The notes under the pieces were generated by a model, which was not told where the DNA came from, ran no database searches, and saw only the letters and a list, made by a program, of their open reading frames with translations. Positions 53,401 through 61,600 of a DNA stretch of 64,000 bases are shown piece after piece. Position numbers and translations under genes: made by a program. Source of the DNA: Verrucomicrobiales bacterium (GTDB taxonomy: Bacteria; Verrucomicrobiota; Verrucomicrobiia; Verrucomicrobiales; SLCJ01); NCBI GenBank assembly GCA_046075565.1, contig JBJTQJ010000124.1, positions 10,953-74,952 on the forward strand, in the 5' to 3' direction. Each line of letters starts with the position of its first letter. Position 1 is the stretch's first letter.

Positions 53401-56400
53401 AAGCGAAGGAAATTTTCTCCCGCATCCAGACCAATGAAGCCAATCTCGGCCTCCCCGTCCGTCATCAGGCTGCGTTGCGGGTCGTAGCCGTGCTGCGTCT
53501 GGCCAAGGATTATGATGGCGCATTGAAAGCCGTCACCGAACTGGAGATGGAACGGGTTCCGGAGATCTGGTCGGATGTCCGTTATGCCCGCGCCGAAGTC
53601 CATTTCGCCAATGAAGATTTCGAAAGCACGAAGGCGGATGTCGAATCGATCCTCGCCCGCGATTCCAACCACGCGGACTCCCGTATCCTGCTCGGCAAAG
53701 TGCAGCTCAAGTTGCAAAAGTTGATGGATGCCACCGAACTCGAATTCGGTTCGACCAGCAGCCAGGATGCATTGGTGCCCGGCGAAAAACTCAAGGTCAC
53801 GCTGAATGACCCGACCCTCGCCGTCTCCGGCGCGGGCACGGCCATCGAAGTGGTGGTCTGGGCGGTCTCCGGTGACAAAGAGACGTTTTTCCTCCGCCAG
53901 TTCGGCGATCAGAAAACCAAGTTCCGCGGGGAAGTGGCCACCGCGCTGGGTGCTCCCGTGCCCGGCGATGGAACCCTCCAGGTCATCGGGGACGACGAGG
54001 TGTTCTACGCCTATGCCGAAAGTTTCCGCGAGCGGATGAACCAGCAGGATGAAAAACGGGGCGGACCGATCACCATCGCTTCCGATTCCATGCTCATGGC
54101 CTCCGCCCGCAAATTGCTCACCGAGGCCGAACAACGCACCGCTGATTTGAACGCGCTCATGGAGACCGTGAAAGACGTGCGAAGCGATCAGCAAGCCGAA
54201 AAAGAGGCGCGCAAGAAGATGGCCGCGCGCGCGCTCGATGCCGATGCCCGCGCCGAAAGATCCGGGGAAATGGACGAGGAGGAATTCGGACGATTCCTGG
54301 TCAGCGTGGTCAAACCCGGCAACCCGATCAACGTGCGGGTCATCGATCCGGATCGCAGCCGGACCGCCGGAGTTGATGAGCTCGCGGTCGGCATCGCCAG
54401 TTCAAGTGGCGACAGCATTTCCCGGATTGTGCTCAAGGAAACCGGCACCCACACCGGATGGTTCGAGGGCAGTGTCCCGACCGCCGGCGCCCAGGCCATG
54501 GCCTTCGCCCGCGCCTCCGAACCCGGGCGCAACCCGAACATGGTCATTAGTCCGGTCGAATCCTATCCGGCATGGAAGGCTGCTCCCGACCGTTCCGGCA
54601 TTTTCGACTTCACCGTTGATCTCAACGACAATCATCCTATCGGCCAGCTCGACATCCTCGCCGCCGAACCGGGAACGAAACTCAAGAAGTTCATGATCCA
54701 AACCGGCATGAACCCGCAGGACATGACAACCGTGGCGGCCTATCCGCGGCATTTCGGGGGTATTCCGAATGCATGGCGACCGTCGGTCACGATCATGAAC
54801 GACGCCGATCGTTATCACAACAACAATGATCGATCGGTCTATGATTTGGGGGAACTCGGAGCGCAGATCGATCGCGGCTGGATGACCCAGCAATTCGCGG
54901 CGGGTATCGCGGAAAACGTGGCCGGCCCGTCGGCGGCGATGGATCCCGCCATTCCGGCCAAAGTGAAGTGGTTGCGCAACAATCAGCACCACAATGCGCA
55001 TGTAGTTTATCGTTTCAGGGGTTATTTCCATGAAGCGGCGGATGTCATGCGCCGGTTCAAACTGGAACTCGGGCCCTACAAAGTCCCCGCCGGCACCCAT
55101 CCGAGCGTGTCGAATCCCCCGCAGTTCCTGCTGGCGGTGAATGGAAAGCCTATCACCAGCAAGGAAAAGCCGGATGAACTTGAGGGCGAGATCGAGCTTC
55201 GCCGCGGCTTGCAGCGGTTTGAAATCTGGGCGACCGGCTGGGATTGCACGATTGGCTTCGGTCGTTCCATCAAGTTGCTGGCCAATCTTTCCCCCGCCGG
55301 CGAAATGGTCGATTGCCCGGATAACTTCTTCGACCCGACCACCTTCCCGGCCGGGCTGCTCGAACACCGCAACGCCCCCGCCACTCTCACACCCGGCGAC
55401 GATGGAACACGCTTCACGGTCAAATTCGCTCCCGATTCGCGCGCCCGTTTGATCCGTCTGGTTTTCCTCGAACAGGAAGGCCCGGTGCCCGCGCTCAATA
55501 AAATCACCATGACCACCCCCGACGGGAAAAAGCTGCTTCCGGTCAAAGAAGACTTCGCCGCCCTCAACAAGAACGAAACTTTGGAAATCCTCGGTGGCGA
55601 CAAGATTGCCGTGCGTTATATCGACGATCGTTTTGTAACAAAAACCAAGGCCAATCAGGAGCGTTTCCTCACGGTTTCCTTCGCCGACGCGAAGGTCGAG
55701 TTCGCCGACATGACCCCGCGGTTTGACAGCCGAAAGGGCGAGGTCGCGCCGTATTACGAGCGACTGCTGCGTTTCCGCCATAACGAGCCGCTGGCCCTTG
55801 CCGTCTTCGACGCTGACATGGATGTGACCGTGCAACCGGACAAACTCAAGGTGAGCCTGACCAGCCAGGCCGGAGGCACCCGCGAATTCGAGGCGATGGA
55901 AACCGGAGATTCTACCGGGATCTTCAAGCTTGTTATCACCCCGGTGCCCGGCACTCCCGCCGGAGAAGGGCAATTCCAGGTTGCGGAAGGCGGCACCATC
56001 AGTGTCATCTACCGGGATATCGACAACAACCGGCCCGGTGTCCCGACCGACCGGCTGGCCTCCATCGAACACGCGGCTTTCACCAAGCCGGTGATCCGGG
56101 TGGCCCATGCCGAAGTGAGTCCGCTGCCCGCCGAAGAAGCCGGTGGTCCGGTTCATTTGCACGACGGATTCTGGCGGAACACTGAGGAACAATCCCAGCG
56201 CGAACTGGCCAGCATGGGGCTCATCCAACCCCGGTGGAAAATCGACCACAGACTTCTCTCCCCGGAAGAAGCTCCGGAAGGTGGTGTCGCCGTGGTCCAC
56301 GGGCGTGAGATGTATCTCGAGGTGGTCGCTCCCCAGTTGGCCTTGGGTGTCCTTTCCGAAATCAAGGTGTATGCCCAGACTGATTCGGGCCGCAAAGCCG

Positions 56401-58226
56401 GTGGTGGAGGTGCTGCTGGTTTTGATATCACGGTTCCCGGCACCATGGAGCTGACGGGCATCTTGCCAGGACCATTGTCTTTCAAAGGTGCCAGGTCGAA
56501 TATCATGGAAATCCCCAGTTACGCCGCCGGCCCAATCCATCCGTCCGGAAACCAACTCACCACCGATCGTTTCCTGGTTTCCGTCCCGCTCATCGCCGCC
56601 ATGCTTCCCGACCACGGGGTTGTCCCCGATGAAGAAAAAGCGGAATTGCGGAAACGGCTGATGGGCATGTATGGCGAGTCGGCAGCCTACGGGATGCAGC
56701 GTGGTCTCGTTGTCCGCCCCGGGGATCGTGTCCATCTCGGATTCCGTTACCAGGATGCCGCCGGGGCCGAACAATGGGCCGCCACCACCGCCAAAGTGAT
56801 TACCCATCCCGTGCTCGACGTGATGGCAGATGATTACCGCACCAAACTGACCAGCGCCTTCGTCGGCGAAACACTTTATCTGCGTGTCGTCGATCTCGGT
56901 GCCGACACCACCGACAACGTGGACGCCCTCTCCGTGACCATCCAAGCCAAATCCGGAGCCAAAGGCCGGGTGGAGCTCCGCGAAAGCGGCCCGCACACCG
57001 GCATCTTCAGGGGCGGGGTCGAGCTCGCTTATGTGAAGGCGATCGAGGCTGCAAAGTCCGACAAGTCCGACGGGTCAGACAAGTCTGACAAGTCCGACCC
57101 TGAAGAAGAGATCCCCCCGACCATTTCCCAAGGCCAAACCCTCGCTGTGATCTACGACGACACCGTGGCCGTGCGCTACACCGATGCCAATGGGCTCAAG
57201 ACCGACACCCATCTTGTGACGATCAGCAAGGGGGCCGATGGCAGCATCGAACCATTCTCCAAGATCTATCAGGATCAGGAGGTGGCCATGCGCACCCAGT
57301 TCTCGATGGCCGAAGCCTATCTCGAATTGGCCAAACGCCACCGCCTGCTCGGGGAGCACGAGGCCGCCGCCTTGGAATACACCACGGCCAAACAACTGCT
57401 GTCCTCGGCCATGGAGCAGTTCACCGATCCCGAGACCCGAGCCCAGGCCGAATATCTGCTCGGCAACCTGACCGCCGAGGAAGCCGACACCACGACGGAA
57501 CCCGCCCTCAAGGAAACCCGTTACCGCGCCGCCCTCTCGCGCTTCTTGAATGTGACCGGAAGTTATCCCAACACCCTGCACGCGTCCAAGGCCCAGTATC
57601 GCATTGCGGTAATTTACGAAGCGCTCAAGGAACCGGAAATCGCCGCCCAAGAATACGTGAAGCTGGCCTACAAGTATCCGGAATCGGAATTTGTCGCCAC
57701 TTCCATGGCCCGGCTCGGAAGCCATTTCCTTAAGTTGGCCAGCGCCTACGAAGAAAAAGCCAAACCCCTGCTGGCCAAAGGCGAAGCTGAAGGAAACCAG
57801 GATGCCCTCTTCGAAGGCCAAGCCATGCAAAAGATGGCCGAAGCCGAATACCTCAAGACCGCCAGCATTTTCGGGCGTCTTCAGGAAAGGTTCCCCGGCA
57901 ATCAACTGGCTGGCCAAGCCGGATTGCGCGCCGGACAGGCCTTCATGCGCGCCCGCCGCGATCAGGATGCCCTCGATGCCTTCCTGAAGGTCGTGGACGA
58001 GGAAAACTACGATGGCGTGAAGATCCGCGCCCAGGCCATGTATTGGGCGGGCATGTGTTACCAGAAACTGCGCCAACAGATGGCCGCCTACGCCATCTTC
58101 AAACGCCTGACCTACGACTTCCCCGAAAGTGAATGGGCCGCCTTCGCCCGCGCCCAGTTGTCGCAGGAGAGCATGATCAACTTGGAAACGAATCTGGAAC
58201 TCGAACGGTTGGAGGGTAAAAAATGA
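50406..58226 (+). CDS. Giant (~2600 aa) secreted TPR / multi-beta-sandwich protein; start uncertain (50406 or 50517)
   Basis: Long uninterrupted ORF; TPR clusters; repeated V.D.D...ETG..TG.F modules; PA14-like and discoidin-like segments. Confidence 0.85.
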   Translation: MGRLPSSDNQPPSPPAAARRRRRTGIFPLLPGLAIGCMVFVSPSPAGPFEERRASVARAVEIQSEADMAALLQAGLDENLPAPAIMLVRQWMRQNLPKDARMLGLAARAAQLSGDAKEASALYQQFLKLADPKSAEASDAITALHGLLLNQLADPGTAYAFARAEAERLAVNPRFRQYDRWFLDLAKERQDAEGVAIRLLAIIKAGAPQAELVTFYDGDFRWLLETVDGYVDRPGSIPLTQDLFDAITELAAVIKHDEEMKLRLDWAASVKAYNLSLLGDDTKRVGKRKRKQGPAAETEKLEPTAAPIAEATALLTKYPGHAKWVQDGWAGGGNGPYYRGDPKKYWTPDIDAKMAPILAAFPKLSPLQQADLLQSWKPSAYSGFPDVGSVKAVRDFLAANPALMNSRDGLLILDKEWNKLTPEEAQQMAPSLEKATDPRASLIRSIAAGGKDLDKVMAALLGPEVWRLGPNELNGPYADLLWHYCGRPGEAAKRDAEIAKAKALAATFAAGDVKKEDPADKRLAALRMLWVDFKSSQPKIPAVFTRLVAVLKVTPEAVPELLKDASPEAQILVRDALAAGLQDTTGILERDDRARGISSSVYSPWFSRLIALHGGLERLKQSRKEWIAPHPMEPALRAALAAQLPQGKVEPWLVMAWINTQFPENNAESVKLMQTLFQSPVWKTLPTEARFAARSWFKENAMTPAEWALVQSCDPAKLSQALLALPKEADTATTVAALKSTIEALTSAPMRVEIQGLEQLAAVSDEVFTAREVQALILELVDSLHSFEPTRAFGDRLLAHALKQADTAALLRLAPYLWRQVERVANHLPTMLARIDSLADDQPSAANALASTGLGTIDRYRTGHLWFKRESDVPRLRAARSKTAVKLGLVVIPVTPDDPTFPVYQSQADWLNDNEDSAWNLLDANWEHFLKIHRELSFGYQMWTLRRTIIARDDLRQEALIKSLRGWSSEPGCPLTAVEKAMIEMAYGDIAVQRGQLPEAKEIFSRIQTNEANLGLPVRHQAALRVVAVLRLAKDYDGALKAVTELEMERVPEIWSDVRYARAEVHFANEDFESTKADVESILARDSNHADSRILLGKVQLKLQKLMDATELEFGSTSSQDALVPGEKLKVTLNDPTLAVSGAGTAIEVVVWAVSGDKETFFLRQFGDQKTKFRGEVATALGAPVPGDGTLQVIGDDEVFYAYAESFRERMNQQDEKRGGPITIASDSMLMASARKLLTEAEQRTADLNALMETVKDVRSDQQAEKEARKKMAARALDADARAERSGEMDEEEFGRFLVSVVKPGNPINVRVIDPDRSRTAGVDELAVGIASSSGDSISRIVLKETGTHTGWFEGSVPTAGAQAMAFARASEPGRNPNMVISPVESYPAWKAAPDRSGIFDFTVDLNDNHPIGQLDILAAEPGTKLKKFMIQTGMNPQDMTTVAAYPRHFGGIPNAWRPSVTIMNDADRYHNNNDRSVYDLGELGAQIDRGWMTQQFAAGIAENVAGPSAAMDPAIPAKVKWLRNNQHHNAHVVYRFRGYFHEAADVMRRFKLELGPYKVPAGTHPSVSNPPQFLLAVNGKPITSKEKPDELEGEIELRRGLQRFEIWATGWDCTIGFGRSIKLLANLSPAGEMVDCPDNFFDPTTFPAGLLEHRNAPATLTPGDDGTRFTVKFAPDSRARLIRLVFLEQEGPVPALNKITMTTPDGKKLLPVKEDFAALNKNETLEILGGDKIAVRYIDDRFVTKTKANQERFLTVSFADAKVEFADMTPRFDSRKGEVAPYYERLLRFRHNEPLALAVFDADMDVTVQPDKLKVSLTSQAGGTREFEAMETGDSTGIFKLVITPVPGTPAGEGQFQVAEGGTISVIYRDIDNNRPGVPTDRLASIEHAAFTKPVIRVAHAEVSPLPAEEAGGPVHLHDGFWRNTEEQSQRELASMGLIQPRWKIDHRLLSPEEAPEGGVAVVHGREMYLEVVAPQLALGVLSEIKVYAQTDSGRKAGGGGAAGFDITVPGTMELTGILPGPLSFKGARSNIMEIPSYAAGPIHPSGNQLTTDRFLVSVPLIAAMLPDHGVVPDEEKAELRKRLMGMYGESAAYGMQRGLVVRPGDRVHLGFRYQDAAGAEQWAATTAKVITHPVLDVMADDYRTKLTSAFVGETLYLRVVDLGADTTDNVDALSVTIQAKSGAKGRVELRESGPHTGIFRGGVELAYVKAIEAAKSDKSDGSDKSDKSDPEEEIPPTISQGQTLAVIYDDTVAVRYTDANGLKTDTHLVTISKGADGSIEPFSKIYQDQEVAMRTQFSMAEAYLELAKRHRLLGEHEAAALEYTTAKQLLSSAMEQFTDPETRAQAEYLLGNLTAEEADTTTEPALKETRYRAALSRFLNVTGSYPNTLHASKAQYRIAVIYEALKEPEIAAQEYVKLAYKYPESEFVATSMARLGSHFLKLASAYEEKAKPLLAKGEAEGNQDALFEGQAMQKMAEAEYLKTASIFGRLQERFPGNQLAGQAGLRAGQAFMRARRDQDALDAFLKVVDEENYDGVKIRAQAMYWAGMCYQKLRQQMAAYAIFKRLTYDFPESEWAAFARAQLSQESMINLETNLELERLEGKK
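57054..57098 (+). repeat. In-frame 5 x 9-bp tandem repeat (AAGTCCGAC) encoding KSDKSDGSDKSDKSD
   Basis: AAGTCCGAC AAGTCCGAC GGGTCAGAC AAGTCTGAC AAGTCCGAC. Confidence 0.85.
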
Positions 58227-58624
58227 AACTCGAACCACGAATGGACACGAATTCACACGAATTGCTCTTAAAGGATGAAGTGTTTGCCGTCGTCGGCTGC
58301 GCTTTGGATGTTTTGCGTGAACTCGGTCATGGTTTGCATGAGAAACCTTATGAAAACTCGATGGTTGTTGAGTTCGGCAGGCGAGGGATCCCTTTTCAGC
58401 AGCAGCCCCGGTTTCCTATCAACTACAAGGGTGTCCACGTGGGCGAGTATGTTCCGGATCTGATCACGCACGGCCAAATCGTCATCGACACCAAAGTCAT
58501 TGATCGGATCACGAGTCATGAATTAGGGCAGGTCATGAACTATCTGAGGATCACAGGCCTCCGGGTCGCGGTAATCCTGAATTTTAAAAACGCAAAACTG
58601 GAATGGAAAAGGGTCGTTCTATGA
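58223..58624 (+). CDS. GxxExxY family protein (PD-(D/E)XK nuclease-like fold)
   Basis: GLHEKPY, VPDLITHGQIVIDTK, QVMNYL, ILNFK; ATGA overlaps at both ends. Confidence 0.9.
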   Translation: MKLEPRMDTNSHELLLKDEVFAVVGCALDVLRELGHGLHEKPYENSMVVEFGRRGIPFQQQPRFPINYKGVHVGEYVPDLITHGQIVIDTKVIDRITSHELGQVMNYLRITGLRVAVILNFKNAKLEWKRVVL

Positions 58625-58658
58625 AAAAATTCGTGTTCATTGGTGTCCATTCGTGGTT
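58233..58658 (+). mobile_element. GxxExxY cassette B bounded by 30-bp inverted repeats (CACGAAT units)
   Basis: AACCACGAAT-GGACACGAAT-TCACACGAAT (58233-58262) and ATTCGTGTTC-ATTGGTGTCC-ATTCGTGGTT (58629-58658); mobility is inferred. Confidence 0.72.
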
Positions 58659-61600
58659 TGCCGTGTCAGCCTTCGCCGCGCCTCTGGACGATCAAATCAC
58701 CGCTTTCAAAGGTGCGGCTGCTCAGACCGAGGCATCGGTTTCCGTTATTCTCCAGTCCGGGCTCAAGGAGGGGCGCAGCGCACAGGCTTATGCCGCGGTC
58801 AAACCTTGGTTGAGCGCCCAACCGGCGCTTTCGCCCAAGGCCATGTTCGAAGCCGGACAGGTCGCGGAAAGGGCAGGGGAGTGGTCCGACGCGGTTGGGT
58901 TTTACCGTAAGTTTCTCAACCAACCGACGCTTGATGCTACGCTGGCCGCCGAGGTCGTGCCTGCCACCTATGTGCTGCTGATCAACCATCTCGCGGATTC
59001 GGAAGGCGCGTATCTCTACATGCGCGAGGCCGGTGATCGCTTGCGCGGATACGGACGCGCCCGGCAGTTCGACACGTGGTTTATCGAACAGGCCAAGTCG
59101 CGCTCCGATGTGCCCGCGCTTTGCCTCCGGTTGTCCAGCATCTTGGCCGAGGACGCTGGCAAAGCCACCACCCATGCCGCCGACCTCGCGTGGGTCTGCA
59201 CCCAGCTTGAAACACTGGCCGCTCCCGATGAGGCGTGGTTCGAAGCGGCCGGGAAGTTGGCCGGATTGCCGAATGTTCCCCCCGCCATCAAAGCCCGCAT
59301 CGGCTGGTCGATGGCCATTCTGCCATTCAGCACGGAAGCCACCGAACTTTTCCGTGCCAAGAAGCCGGTTCCGGAGACCTTGCTGGATAAACCGCGCGCG
59401 GCCGCCGCGGCGCTTTTGGCTGCCTCACCTTACGAGGGCTCGATTTCGGTCGCCCGGGGTTGGATGAACATGAACGAGGGTCATACCCCGAATTTGCAGG
59501 ACTATGTCGCCCAACATCGAGAGTTCAAAACCGCGCCGCTCCTCGCGGCACTCGCGACTTTGTCCCCGGCGCAAGTTCATTCCGTGCTCGTTTCCCGGGG
59601 ATGCCCGCGCGGGCGCCCGATCTCGATGCTATTTTCCACCGCCGAATTGCGGTCGTTGGTCCAGAAGATTCCGTCCGCTTTCAACTCGTTGTTGGCGGTT
59701 GATGTCCCGCTTCTGGATCCCACCCTCACGGTCGAGGAGGCCCGCGCCCTGGCTCCCCATCTCGCCCGCAACCCGCACCCGCAGGCCGCGATCATCCGTG
59801 CCATCGCCGCCGCCGGTTCCCTCGAACCGGAGCTTCTTGTTCCGGCTTTGATCAAGTCCGAGACCTGGCGGTTCAGCACGATCAAAGATGTTGCCAAAGC
59901 GCTGACCGACAACAGGATTGCCGAAGGAAAAGTGAACCAACTTCTCAAGGATGTCCCCGAAGCTGCTCCTGACCCACTGGCTGCCCAAGTCCAGGCCTCT
60001 GCCAAGCCGGAAGACCGACGCGCTGCCTTTGAGAAACTCTCCAAGGAACTTCTTTCACCCTCGCCATCGACCAGCGGGTTACTGCAACGATGGAAGGATC
60101 TTTTCGCCAATGCGCCGGATGCCGAGTTGAATACCATGCTCAAGACCCTCTCCGGGAATTTGCAGGGCGAAGGCGAAATGCTCTTCCGGTTCACTTTGGA
60201 TAACACCACGATTAGCAAGAGCGGCCGCCTGCCTTGGAGAGCGTATTTGCATGGCAACCACTTTGCCTACCACCGGGGGCCGACCCAAAAAGGGGGAGCC
60301 GACTTTCTCGCCCATGTGGAAATTTTGCTGCGCCAGCAAATGCAGGCGGGAACGATCAATGAAACGATTTTCGGAGTCTGGCTCCATTCCAATAATGTCG
60401 GCAAACCGGAATCCAAGGCCTTGTTCAAGGAACTGCTCAATTCGCCGGCCATGGCCAAACTCAATCCGGACTATCTGAAGATCGCCGGCGATAGCAATCT
60501 TTTCCCCGACCTTGTGTTATCGGCTTCCGTCGCGACGGTTTCTCCCGCGGTGATCAGCCGTGAATTGATCGATCTCCCCGGCAACGCGAACCCGGCTCAA
60601 GTGGAAGCCGCCTTCAAGGCCGTGGTCGATCGTTTGGCCACCAACCCACAGCCGGTTGCGCCCATCGCACTCCATAAGGTCGCCCAACTGCCCGAATGGT
60701 CGGCCCAAACCCGCGATCTCGCCGCCCAACTCTTCGGCAAACACCCCCCCATCGGAACCTTCCCGCCCAAACAAGGATGGGAGCCCATGGTGATCCGCGC
60801 GACCAAGGAACTCAAGGCTGGCCAACAATGGGGCGCCATCGAACCCTGGGCCGCCGGGCTCTGGCACGCCGCCGCCGCCACCGACGATGAGCGCACCTAC
60901 GATGCCGTCGAGGCTATGATCGCCTATGCCGAAGCGGCCTTGGAAGCGGGCGCGCCATCCTCCGCCATGACCATCGCCCGCGGCGGATTACGCAGCACGG
61001 CCGTGAAAAATCTAACCACCCGCACGGAACCAAAATTGGCCACCATGCGCGCGCGCTTGCAGAAAGCGGTCGGCATGGCCGCCGGTGCCATCGGTGCCTT
61101 CGAGATTCCGGTGGACGAAACCGATCCCGCTTTCCCCATTTACAAATCGCAGGCCGAATTCGTGCAAGGAAACCTGGATTCCGCGTGGGAGCTTTACACC
61201 GCCCATGCCGCCAAACTTCCGGAAGTGCTGCGCCAATTGCCGGTCGATTATTCGTTCTGGCTCTTGCAGCGGAACATGGAAACCAACCGCGCCGAAGACG
61301 CCGAAGCACTGATCAAAGAGCTGACCATCTGGTCGCGCCAGGCCGAAGGGACTTTCACCGCTGAACAGGATGCCCGCCTGAGGATCGCCTATGCTGATTT
61401 GGCCCTGCGCAAGGGTGCTTATCCGACCGCCCGGGCCTGGTATCGCCGGGTCGCGGATGCCGCTGAATACCAGGGCACCGAAATGTATCTGCTCGCCGCT
61501 CTTGGTTCGGTGAAAGTGGATCGAGTTTCGAAGAACTATTCGGCCGCCATGGCCGAACTCGACAAACTGGCCAAACTCACCAATCCCGCCTTCCGTAGCC

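Noticed and set aside
52794-58256. Long minus-strand ORFs (466, 864 and 393 aa)
   Set aside because: Antisense shadows of the giant TPR gene.
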